Assembly: GCA_045649045.1 (NCBI GenBank)
Contig: JAZRPF010000007.1
Coordinates: 1 to 60,854, forward strand
Origin: Eubacteriales bacterium
GTDB taxonomy: Bacteria; Bacillota; Clostridia; Oscillospirales; CAG-272
Direction: 5' to 3'
Length of the DNA stretch: 60,854 nt
Position numbers and translations under genes: made by a program. Below are positions 10,446 to 18,820 of this stretch, piece by piece. Under the pieces are notes generated by a model that was not told where the DNA came from, did no database searches, and saw nothing but the letters and a program-made list of their open reading frames with translations. Within the stretch, counting starts at the first letter, position 1. Each line of letters starts with the position of its first letter.

Positions 10446-11156
10446 ATGAAGTCATATGAAGAACTGCAGGAGGAAATCCGCCTTTTGCGGCAGCGACTTG
10501 CAGAATACGAACATCTTGAAAAGCCTGCGGTGTACAGCGAAAACAAGGAAGCTGCCGCACTTTTTCTTGCGGGTAATCAAAGACACAGCAAATATACACG
10601 GGATAGCTACGCCTCTTTCGTCCTTGCAAATTTTCGTTCAACTATGTTTTATCGCTTGTATCAGCGTATCTATAAGATATTTAAGCCGACGATGATTATT
10701 GTGCGTCTGATACGCTGGCTGATGATATTCTTGACAATGGTACAGGCGAGTGTTGTCCTTCTCTTTGTGCTTGCGGTTTCACTTGTCGCTTTGCCGATTT
10801 TGCTCTTGATTGCACTCGGCGTCTGGATTCGCGTGGTATATGAACGCAAAGCCCTGCACGCCTCTCTTATCGATGCATTTGAAGGCAAGCGTGTGCTTGT
10901 TTTCTTTTCTTCGGGCACAAACAGCAAGTTTTTTGACCAAAATATGCGGACGCTTCTGCCTGAATATACTGTCCTCGTAGTGCAGGAGGGTGGCAATTTG
11001 CTTGGCTCGCGGTATGTGACGAGCGACGGCAAGCAAAAGCGTTTTCTGACGGCGTACCCGGTTTCACACGGCTATTACCGCATCCGTCAGCACTATTATT
11101 TTTATTTGCGCAAGAGGTATTTCAAAAAGGCGGAGTCGGTGTCGGTCATCTATTAA
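10446..11156 (+). CDS. Hypothetical membrane protein
   Basis: RBS gaggag; long central hydrophobic hairpin. Confidence 0.75.
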   Translation: MKSYEELQEEIRLLRQRLAEYEHLEKPAVYSENKEAAALFLAGNQRHSKYTRDSYASFVLANFRSTMFYRLYQRIYKIFKPTMIIVRLIRWLMIFLTMVQASVVLLFVLAVSLVALPILLLIALGVWIRVVYERKALHASLIDAFEGKRVLVFFSSGTNSKFFDQNMRTLLPEYTVLVVQEGGNLLGSRYVTSDGKQKRFLTAYPVSHGYYRIRQHYYFYLRKRYFKKAESVSVIY

Positions 11157-11198
11157 ACACAAAAGGCGGTTTTGTCAGGACCGCTTTTTTGTTTTTAC

Positions 11199-11227
11199 TT
11201 GCAAATTTCAAAAAATCATGTTATAAT
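11199..11227 (+). promoter_or_regulatory. Sigma-A promoter, GH20 copy 1
   Basis: TTGCAA-N17-TATAAT, with TG extension. Confidence 0.7.
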
Positions 11228-11259
11228 AATATAGAATTCAAAAAAGGAGTGACTTCACA

Positions 11260-12870
11260 ATGGCAAGAAAGAAATTTGATACTCTTGGCGTGATGGTCGA
11301 TATGTCGAGAAATTCGGTCATGACGATGGACACGCTGAAAAGATTTTTACCCCTGATTAAAAAAATGGGCTATAACTGCCTGATGCTTTATACAGAGGAT
11401 ACATATGAGGTGGAAAATGAACCGTATCTCGGTTATATGCGCGGCAAATATACGATGGAACAGATGAAGGAAATTGATGCTTATGCGGCAAGTCTCGGCA
11501 TGGATGTCATTCCTTGTGTGCAGACACTTGCACATTTGTATCAGACTGTCAAATGGCAACAACTCAATTTTGACTGCAATGATATTCTGCTCGTTGATGA
11601 TGAGCGAACTTATGAATTTATTGACCATATTTTCTCAACACTTTCAAAATGCTTCCGTTCCAAGCGCGTTCATGTCGGTATGGACGAGGCACATATGCTC
11701 GGTAGAGGCAAGTATCTTGATAAGCACGGCTATGAGCCTTCTTGTTCTATCATGAAGCGTCATATTGCCAAGGTGCGCGAAATTGCCAAGAAATACGATT
11801 ATGAGATCATGATTTGGTCGGATATGTATTTCAGCAGCTGGCATGATGGGGAATATTATGTGACCGAGAAGGTCAAGATGCCCGAGGATGTCGTTGCTTC
11901 CTATCACGCCGATGTCATTCCTGTATATTGGGACTACTACCATACAAATCAAAGCGACTATGAAGCAATGATTTATAACCATCATCAGCTTTCCAAAAAC
12001 ACATGGTTTGCAGGCGGTGCATGGGGCTGGTCAGGGCTTATTCCGCACAACCAGTATTCGCTCAATTCCATGCTTCCTGCCGTTCGCGCTTGCAGGAAAA
12101 TGGGTGTTCGTAACATCATCATGACTATGTGGGGGGACTGTGGCGGCGAAGGCTCTCAGTTTGCAAGACTGCCTGCCCTTCACTATATTGCGGAATATGC
12201 CAAGGGCAATGAAGATGATGCCTTAATTAAGGCAAAATTCAAGAGGCTGACGGGTATTGAGTTTGATGACTTTATGAAGATTGACCTTCCGAATCAGATT
12301 CAAGGCTATATGCCGAAGGTTAACCCGTCACGCTATATGCTTTATGCCGACTATTTCAATGACTTCCTCGATTATACTGTCAAGCCGGGTGTCGGTGATA
12401 AGTATTATGATTTTGCGCGCGAGCTTCACGAGGTCGCAAGAAAGAGCCGCAGATATGGCTATATCTTCAAAACGGCGGCAAAGCTATGTGAGGTGCTTGC
12501 CGTCAAGTATGAGCTTGGTCTGAAAACCCGCCGTGCTTATGAGACAGGTGACAAGGAAGCACTCAAAAAGCTTGCGGAAAATGATTATGTATCGGTTATG
12601 AAGAAAATTCGTGAATATGCCGATGCTTATGAAAAGCAATGGATGTATGACAATCATCCGTCAGGCTTTGATGTGCAAGCTCTGCGTATCGGCGGTATTC
12701 TGTATCGTACCGAGATTTGCAGAAAACGCATTCTTGATTATGTGAAGGGCAAGCTCGAACGCATTGATGAACTTCATGAGAAAATACTGCCGCTTAAAGA
12801 CAAGGAGGCAGAAATGCCCGCATTTTTTGCAGGTGCAGATTCTTATATGACACCGAATGTGTTGCTGTAA
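11260..12870 (+). CDS. GH20 beta-N-acetylhexosaminidase (GcnA-like), copy 1
   Basis: MVDMSRN, LYTEDTYE, PCVQTLAH, HVGMDEA catalytic D-E pair, WSDM. Confidence 0.92.
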   Translation: MARKKFDTLGVMVDMSRNSVMTMDTLKRFLPLIKKMGYNCLMLYTEDTYEVENEPYLGYMRGKYTMEQMKEIDAYAASLGMDVIPCVQTLAHLYQTVKWQQLNFDCNDILLVDDERTYEFIDHIFSTLSKCFRSKRVHVGMDEAHMLGRGKYLDKHGYEPSCSIMKRHIAKVREIAKKYDYEIMIWSDMYFSSWHDGEYYVTEKVKMPEDVVASYHADVIPVYWDYYHTNQSDYEAMIYNHHQLSKNTWFAGGAWGWSGLIPHNQYSLNSMLPAVRACRKMGVRNIIMTMWGDCGGEGSQFARLPALHYIAEYAKGNEDDALIKAKFKRLTGIEFDDFMKIDLPNQIQGYMPKVNPSRYMLYADYFNDFLDYTVKPGVGDKYYDFARELHEVARKSRRYGYIFKTAAKLCEVLAVKYELGLKTRRAYETGDKEALKKLAENDYVSVMKKIREYADAYEKQWMYDNHPSGFDVQALRIGGILYRTEICRKRILDYVKGKLERIDELHEKILPLKDKEAEMPAFFAGADSYMTPNVLL

Positions 12871-12880
12871 TTTCTGACAT

Positions 12881-12922
12881 AAAAATGCTTATCACGCTCA
12901 AAAAGGGTGATAAGCATTTTTT
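12881..12922. terminator. Intrinsic terminator
   Basis: aaaaatgcttatcac…gtgataagcattttt. Confidence 0.8.
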
Positions 12923-12963
12923 GACATTCATACGCGTTTGGCGTGTGAACCCATGTAAATAAA

Positions 12964-13443
12964 TTATGTCAGTTCAAGCTCATCGGCAGTTGGCATGGGC
13001 GGATATATGTCATTAAGATTATTGGAATACCAATACGCAACCGAGGAAATATCGTCTTGCAATGGCAGATATCTTCCTCCGCTTCTCCAGCCGAGTGCTT
13101 GAATAGTCACATGTAAGTTTTCTTTGAAATAAATCGGATCCGTGATATGAAAACGGTACATATCAAAATATCTTTGGGAGCGATATGTGCCGTCGGTATG
13201 GTTAACCTTGGAAAGTTCGGTATAAGGGGTGGAAAATTCGGTGTATTTTCCGTTTACATCGAAATTGTATGCACCAAAAAAATAATCTTCTGTGCCGGTT
13301 CCGCAAATGCTGGGAAATTTGGTATCACCGTCAATGAAGAACTTGATTTCTCCTTCTCCCCGCCAACTGTTCGATTTTACGCCCCAATGAAGATAGGTTC
13401 CGACATAAATACCGTTGCCATTGATATGCTCAAGTATTGTGTA
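12964..13443 (-). pseudogene. 5'-truncated DUF2961/GH172 glycoside hydrolase (C-terminal half)
   Basis: Frame reads YTILEHINGNGIYVG…WRGEGEIKFFIDGD…SICGTGTEDYF…MYRFHITDPIYF…QDDISSVAYWY; no start codon; abuts the queG copy. Confidence 0.85.
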
Positions 13444-13780
13444 TGGCTCTTTCTTTTTTGCAGGAGAAATTTTGACAACACTTTCGCCTGAATCACTCGG
13501 CTATCGGGGCGAAGCACCGATTGCGGAGTGCCTGCATTGCGGTGCCTGCCAAACGGTTTGCCCCTATAACAAGTGCAAACTGACGCCGATACCTTTCTTT
13601 TATAGGGCAAGGCTTGTGCGTGTCAGTCGCGAGACGGTTTTTGCAATGAGTGAGGAGAAATTTGCTCGTCGTGCATTTGCATGGCGGGGCAAGGAAACTC
13701 TTTTGCGCAATCTGGATATTTATTTCTAATTGCGCAAGAGGTATTTCAAAAAGGCGGAGTCGGTGTCGGTCATCTATTGA
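13441..13780 (+). pseudogene. Decayed duplicate of the queG 3' half plus the last codons of the 10446-11156 gene
   Basis: Near-identical to 9992-10099, 10241-10412 and ~11097-11156, with two internal deletions. Confidence 0.9.
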
Positions 13781-13825
13781 GAACAGAAGGCGTTTTTTTA
13801 AGATCGCTTTTTTTTTTATTTTCAC

Positions 13826-13854
13826 TTGCTAATTCCGAAAAATTATGTTATAAT
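13826..13854 (+). promoter_or_regulatory. Sigma-A promoter, GH20 copy 2
   Basis: TTGCTA-N17-TATAAT; homologous to 11199-11227. Confidence 0.65.
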
Positions 13855-13886
13855 AACATAAAATTCAAAAAAGGAGAGACTTTACA

Positions 13887-15500
13887 ATGGCAAGAAAGAA
13901 TTTTGATACTCTTGGTGTGATGGTCGATATGTCGAGAAATTCGGTCATGACGATGGACACGCTGAAAAGATTTTTACCCCTGATTAAAAAAATGGGCTAT
14001 AATTGCCTCATGCTCTATACCGAGGATACATACGAGGTTGAAAATGAACCCTATCTCGGCTATATGCGCGGCAAATATACAATGGAACAGATGAAGGAAA
14101 TTGATGATTATGCGGCAAGTCTCGGCATGGATGTCATTCCGTGCGTGCAGACGCTCGCGCATCTTGCGCAGACGGCCAGGTGGGGACAGCTTCGTTTTGA
14201 TTCCGCGGGTGTTTTGCTTGTTGGCGAGGAGCGCACCTATGAATTTATTGACCATATTTTCGCAACACTTTCAAAATGCTTCCGTTCCAAGCGCATTCAT
14301 GTCGGTATGGACGAGGCGCATTCGCTCGGTAGAGGCAGGTATCTTGATAAGCATGGCTATGAGCCCTCTTATTCTATCATGCAGAAGCATATTGCCAGGG
14401 TGCGTGAAATTGCCAAGAAATATGACTATGAGCTCATGATTTGGTCGGATATGTATTTCCGTTGCTGGAATAAGGACAGGGGCTATTATGTGAATGAAGA
14501 GGTCGAGCTTCCGCGCGAGGTTGTCGAGTCCTACCATTCCGATGTCATTCCTGTTTATTGGGACTACTATCATACCGAACAAAGCATTTACGAGGCGATG
14601 ATTTCAAATCATTATCAGCTCTCTAAAAACACATGGTTTGCAGGCGGTGCATGGGGCTGGTCGGGGCTTATTCCGCACAACCAGTATTCGCTCAATTGCA
14701 TGCTTCCTGCCGTTCGCGCTTGCAGGAAAATGGGTGTTCGTAACATCATCATGACTATGTGGGGAGATTGTGGTGGCGAAGGATCGCAGTTCGCCAGACT
14801 GCCCGTGCTTCACTACATCGCGGAATATGCCAAGGGCAATGAAGATGATGCCTTAATTAAAGCAAAATTCAAGAGTTTGACAGGCATTGAATTCGACGAC
14901 TATATGAAAATCGACTGCCCGAACGAAATTCAGGGCTATCTTGGCATTGTCAATCCCTCACGCTATATGCTTTATACCGATTATTTCAATGACTTCCTTG
15001 ATTATACAGTCAAGCCGGGTGTCGGCGATAAGTATTATGATTTTGCGCGCGAGCTTCACGAGGTCGCAAGAAAGAGCCGCAGATATGGCTATATCTTCAA
15101 AACGGCGGCAAAGCTATGTGAGGTGCTTGCCGTCAAGTATGAGCTTGGTCTGAAAACCCGCCGCGCCTATGAGGCAGGCGACAAGGAAGCCCTCAAAAAG
15201 CTTGCGGAAAATGATTATGTATCGGTTATGAAGAAAATTCGTGAATATGCCGATGCTTATGAAAAGCAATGGATGTATGACAATCATCCGTCAGGCTTTG
15301 ATGTGCAAGCTCTGCGTATCGGCGGTATTTTGTATCGTACCGAGATTTGCAGAAAACGCATTCTTGATTATGTAAAGGGCAAGCTTGAACGCATTGATGA
15401 GCTTCACGAGAAAATACTGCCGCTTAAAGGCAAGGAGGCAGAAAAGCCCGCACATTTTGCAGATGCAGATTCTTATATGACAACGAATGTGTTGCTGTAA
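13887..15500 (+). CDS. GH20 beta-N-acetylhexosaminidase (GcnA-like), copy 2
   Basis: Same motifs as copy 1; HVGMDEA intact. Confidence 0.92.
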   Translation: MARKNFDTLGVMVDMSRNSVMTMDTLKRFLPLIKKMGYNCLMLYTEDTYEVENEPYLGYMRGKYTMEQMKEIDDYAASLGMDVIPCVQTLAHLAQTARWGQLRFDSAGVLLVGEERTYEFIDHIFATLSKCFRSKRIHVGMDEAHSLGRGRYLDKHGYEPSYSIMQKHIARVREIAKKYDYELMIWSDMYFRCWNKDRGYYVNEEVELPREVVESYHSDVIPVYWDYYHTEQSIYEAMISNHYQLSKNTWFAGGAWGWSGLIPHNQYSLNCMLPAVRACRKMGVRNIIMTMWGDCGGEGSQFARLPVLHYIAEYAKGNEDDALIKAKFKSLTGIEFDDYMKIDCPNEIQGYLGIVNPSRYMLYTDYFNDFLDYTVKPGVGDKYYDFARELHEVARKSRRYGYIFKTAAKLCEVLAVKYELGLKTRRAYEAGDKEALKKLAENDYVSVMKKIREYADAYEKQWMYDNHPSGFDVQALRIGGILYRTEICRKRILDYVKGKLERIDELHEKILPLKGKEAEKPAHFADADSYMTTNVLL

Positions 15501-15561
15501 TTTCTGACATAGGTCTTTGACAAAGCCATTCGTTTGAGTATAAACACCATAACGAAGCATC

Positions 15562-15603
15562 AAAAATGCTTATCACTCTTTTTAAGGGTGATAAGCATTT
15601 TTT
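15562..15603. terminator. Intrinsic terminator (duplicate of 12881-12922)
   Basis: aaaaatgcttatcac…gtgataagcattttt. Confidence 0.8.
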
Positions 15604-15696
15604 ACATTTACGCGCCTTTGGCGTGTGGGTATAAGTCACCAGTGGATAAAAAGATATTTTCCGCAGGTTTTGTATGAATTTGAAGGTGTGTGCATA

Positions 15697-15866
15697 AGTG
15701 ATGTTGTGGCTACGCCACAGTGATGTTATGCTTCGCATAGTGATGCTGTTCGCTTTGCTCACAGTGATGTGATGTTTGCGCTCTACGCCGTTAGGCGTAA
15801 CATCACTCACGCAGTGAACATCACTGCCGAAGGCTACATCTCTTGCCCGCAAGGGCAAACATCGTT
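15697..15866. repeat. AGTGATG / CATCACT motif array with interspersed mini-hairpins
   Basis: AGTGATG at 15697, 15719, 15739 and 15763; inverted ACATC(A/T/G) motifs at ~15800, 15818, 15836 and 15859. Confidence 0.8.
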
Positions 15867-15904
15867 GAAAAACGACAAAATTCTTTCGAATTTTGTCGTT
15901 TTTC
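15867..15904. terminator. Bidirectional terminator closing the tRNA/repeat region
   Basis: gaaaaacgacaaaatt…aattttgtcgtttttc. Confidence 0.8.
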
Positions 15905-16246
15905 TGGCCTACCCGACAGGATTCAGAACCGCATAGTTCAGCAACGAAAATTTCGTTGCTGAACTAACAAACCGCAATGAATTCAGAACAAAATTGAGTG
16001 GTAGAGCGGCGCTTTGCTGGCAAGGCTCTCACCACATCGGATAGTCAAACAAAAAAAGCTCCGCAAGGGAGCTTTTTTTGTTTGGCCTACCCGACAGGAT
16101 TCAGAACCGCATAGTTCAGCAACGAAAATTTCGTTGCTGAACTAACAAACCGCAATGAATTCAGAACAAAATTGAGTGGTAGAGCGGCGCTTTGCTGACA
16201 AGGTTCTCACCACACCGGATAGTCAAACAAAAAAGCTCCGCAAGGG
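15905..16246 (-). repeat. Two 178-bp tandem repeats, each ending in the 3' 20 nt (incl. CCA) of tRNA-Arg
   Basis: tggcctacccgacaggattc at 15905, 16083 and 22336; the units differ by only a few bases. Confidence 0.95.
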
Positions 16247-16290
16247 GTGTCTTCCATAAAGCAGGTTTTACCTACCATAAAAAACAAATT

Positions 16291-16339
16291 TGTAGGGGCG
16301 ACCAGTGTCGCCCGCGGGCGTTCAATGAACGCCCCTACA
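16291..16339. repeat. GTAG-type REP-like palindrome doublet
   Basis: TGTAGGGGCG…CGCCCCTACA enclosing two hairpins. Confidence 0.7.
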
Positions 16340-16442
16340 TTACAAAAGGACAGAGATTTTTCGTCTCTGTCCTTTTTCACACGCCTTGCCCCGCAAGGTA
16401 TAGTGTGTTACACCTTTTAGGTGTACTGTCGGGCGGTAGCAT

Positions 16443-16552
16443 AGCCTTCCTCCGGGAGGAAGGTGGCACGGCGAAGCCGTGACGGAAGGAGCCCGCGCAA
16501 CCTTGAATTTGTACTCCGACTTCGTCGGGAGCTCCCTCCCGGAGGGAGCCTT
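16443..16552. repeat. GC-rich multi-hairpin REP/MITE-like element
   Basis: ccttcctcc-g-ggaggaagg, cacggc-gaa-gccgtg, gctccctcc-c-ggagggagc. Confidence 0.65.
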
Positions 16553-16771
16553 TGGTCTGTGCGCCCCAAAAGTCCGTCTTCTTTTCCTGACAAGCACTGC
16601 ATTTGTGGACACAAATGCAAAATACGGCATGCCTCTTTTGAGATATACCGTATTCTTGTAAAACTGTCCTTTAGTGTGACGCTCCAAGGTCGCTCTTCTT
16701 TTTGTATCCTGAAAAGCACCGTAACGGCTGGCGGTCATGACTTAAATGAAATGGCTCTGAGCTGTTATAAT

Positions 16772-17629
16772 TTATTCATTATTTAGGTAAGTGTTCTTCT
16801 CTTTTCTGTATTCGCTGGGGGGGAGTCCTGTTTGCTTTCGAAAGGCGGCGCAGAATTGCGAGTTGTCGGAAAAGCCGACCGCCGCGGCAACGTCGTGTAT
16901 GGGAAGGGCGGTTTCCTTGAGTAGCTTTTTAGCAATTCTGATCTTTTCTTGAAGAACGGCTTGGTGAAGCGTAATTCCCGTACTTTTTTTGAAGAGCCGA
17001 TTGAGATAATATGAATGGTATCCAAATTCGTTTGAAATTTCCCAATTGCTTAACTGTTTTTCGTGATTTTTTTGAATATAGAGTGTGATCCTTTGAACAA
17101 TTTCGGGAAGCTCGGTTTCCTTTTTGATCGTATTTTGCGCGACATGACAAAGAATCTCTTTGATTATTGCCGAGGTAATGGCATCTGAAAGAGGGGTGGG
17201 GTAGCAATAGTGAAGCAAACATTCCTGCATTTTTTCCTCAATGGCAAAAGATTTTTCAACGACGATCAGTTGCTCAAGCTCCCGAGGCGGATCGTTTTCA
17301 ATAACCAACTCTTTTTTGAAGCTTTTTCTGTTTTTGGAGGGAGGGAGCGGTTTTTGTTGATCGGTGTGATTGCGGGTCATATCGAAATTCAGTACGATAA
17401 TTTTGACGTCCCCATCAAAATAATAGGGTGTGGCAGGGCGAAAATAAATCAACATACCCGAGGAAAGGGGGATCGCCCGATCGGTGAGAATGAGCTTAGC
17501 TTCTCCCCCGATAATATAAAACAAACGGTAATCATAAGAGCAGCTGAGCGGTGCACAAGACATAACGGAAGGCTGCAATTCGGCGTAACGCATAAAGGGA
17601 TTGATGTCACAAAGATTCATATAAAACAC
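16772..17629 (-). CDS. AraC family transcriptional regulator
   Basis: Cupin-like N-terminus; YLNRLFKKSTG…VGFSDNSQFCAAFRKQTGLPPSEYR. Confidence 0.95.
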   Translation of the reverse strand: MFYMNLCDINPFMRYAELQPSVMSCAPLSCSYDYRLFYIIGGEAKLILTDRAIPLSSGMLIYFRPATPYYFDGDVKIIVLNFDMTRNHTDQQKPLPPSKNRKSFKKELVIENDPPRELEQLIVVEKSFAIEEKMQECLLHYCYPTPLSDAITSAIIKEILCHVAQNTIKKETELPEIVQRITLYIQKNHEKQLSNWEISNEFGYHSYYLNRLFKKSTGITLHQAVLQEKIRIAKKLLKETALPIHDVAAAVGFSDNSQFCAAFRKQTGLPPSEYRKEKNTYLNNE

Positions 17630-17636
17630 CTCATTG

Positions 17637-17722
17637 GTTTGTTTTTCTAAAAATATAGTTTGTTTTACATATTGATTATATCACAGAATAAATATATAAT
17701 CAATATATAGATAGTTTGTTTT
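17637..17722. promoter_or_regulatory. Divergent promoter region with candidate AraC sites
   Basis: GTTTGTTTT direct repeats at 17637, 17658 (21-bp spacing) and 17714. Confidence 0.5.
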
Positions 17723-17764
17723 TTCGGAGACGTGCGAAGTGAGAACAAAAGAGAGGAGTCTGCT

Positions 17765-18802
17765 ATGAAGTATATTGTAGGGTACCCGATTAAGGAAAAC
17801 CAAACGTTTTTAAACTCGTTGATTCAAAACAAAGAGAGTGTGTCTGAAATTTATTTTTCCTGGGGGGATTTACCCAATGGAAGAAGTGTGCGTTCGGCAT
17901 TTGAGGAGCGAGGTGCGTTTGAAATTCAAATGCGGCAGTGCGAAGATTTGAAACGCCTTTCTGACGAGGGGTTTCGTTTTAATCTACTTTTCAATGCCAA
18001 CTGTTACGGCAAGGAGAGTCAGTCGAGAGCGTTTTTTAATAAGATCGGCAATCTTACAGACTACATACAAAGAAATTTTGGACTTGCTTCGGTTACGACC
18101 GCATCTCCGCTCATTGCAAAATTTATGAAAGAAAATTTTGACGGCATCGACGTTCGTGCTTCGGTCAATATGGAAATCGGCTCGGTCGAGGGAATCGCGT
18201 ATGTTGCCCGATATTTCGATAGCTTTTATGTGCAACGTGAGTTGAACCGAAATTTCCGCGCACTTCTGCGACTTCGTCGCTTTTGCGACGAGAACGGTAA
18301 GCAAATGTATTTGCTCGCCAATAGCGGGTGCTTGAATCATTGTTCAGCTCATATTTTCCATGATAATCTTGTTGCCCACGAAAACGAGATTTCCGAGATG
18401 GACAATGGATATCAGTTCAGCGGCGTCTGTTGGGATTTTCTCAAGAATTCAGGCAATCGGGATACATGGTTGCAGAAAACGAATTTTATTCGCCCCGAGG
18501 ATATTGAACTCTATGAGTCGCTCGTTCCCGCCGTCAAGCTTGCGACGCGAGTGAATGCCTCTCCCTCACGAATTCTGAATGCCTACGTCAATCAGAGGTA
18601 TCGTGGAAGCGTGATGGAATTGCTTGAACCGAATCACAGTGGATTGTTTTATCCCGAATATATTGAAAATTCAAATTTTCGACGGGATTTTGCCGAACAC
18701 GTAATGCACTGCAATCAGCAGTGTGAGTCGTGTGATTTCTGCGCGAGCGCGATGAGAGAGGCTTGCGTCAGGCTTGCTGAAGATTCTTCCCGAAAAGTAT
18801 AA
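17765..18802 (+). CDS. Peptidase U32-family Fe-S protein
   Basis: RBS gaggag; NLLFNANC, VRASVN, QRELNR, LANSGCLNHC..H, FIRPED, KLATR, C-terminal CNQQCESCDFC. Confidence 0.8.
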   Translation: MKYIVGYPIKENQTFLNSLIQNKESVSEIYFSWGDLPNGRSVRSAFEERGAFEIQMRQCEDLKRLSDEGFRFNLLFNANCYGKESQSRAFFNKIGNLTDYIQRNFGLASVTTASPLIAKFMKENFDGIDVRASVNMEIGSVEGIAYVARYFDSFYVQRELNRNFRALLRLRRFCDENGKQMYLLANSGCLNHCSAHIFHDNLVAHENEISEMDNGYQFSGVCWDFLKNSGNRDTWLQKTNFIRPEDIELYESLVPAVKLATRVNASPSRILNAYVNQRYRGSVMELLEPNHSGLFYPEYIENSNFRRDFAEHVMHCNQQCESCDFCASAMREACVRLAEDSSRKV

Positions 18803-18820
18803 AAATGAAGGAGTAAAGAT

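Noticed and set aside
15905-16222. Additional functional tRNA genes
   Set aside because: No D arm or anticodon arm; the T-loop has an extra base.
15697-16246. CRISPR array
   Set aside because: No constant 25-40-bp repeat with unique spacers; the 178-bp units are near-identical throughout; no cas genes.
15424-16786. Short ORFs over the repeat region
   Set aside because: No recognisable domains; they arise from GC-rich palindromes.
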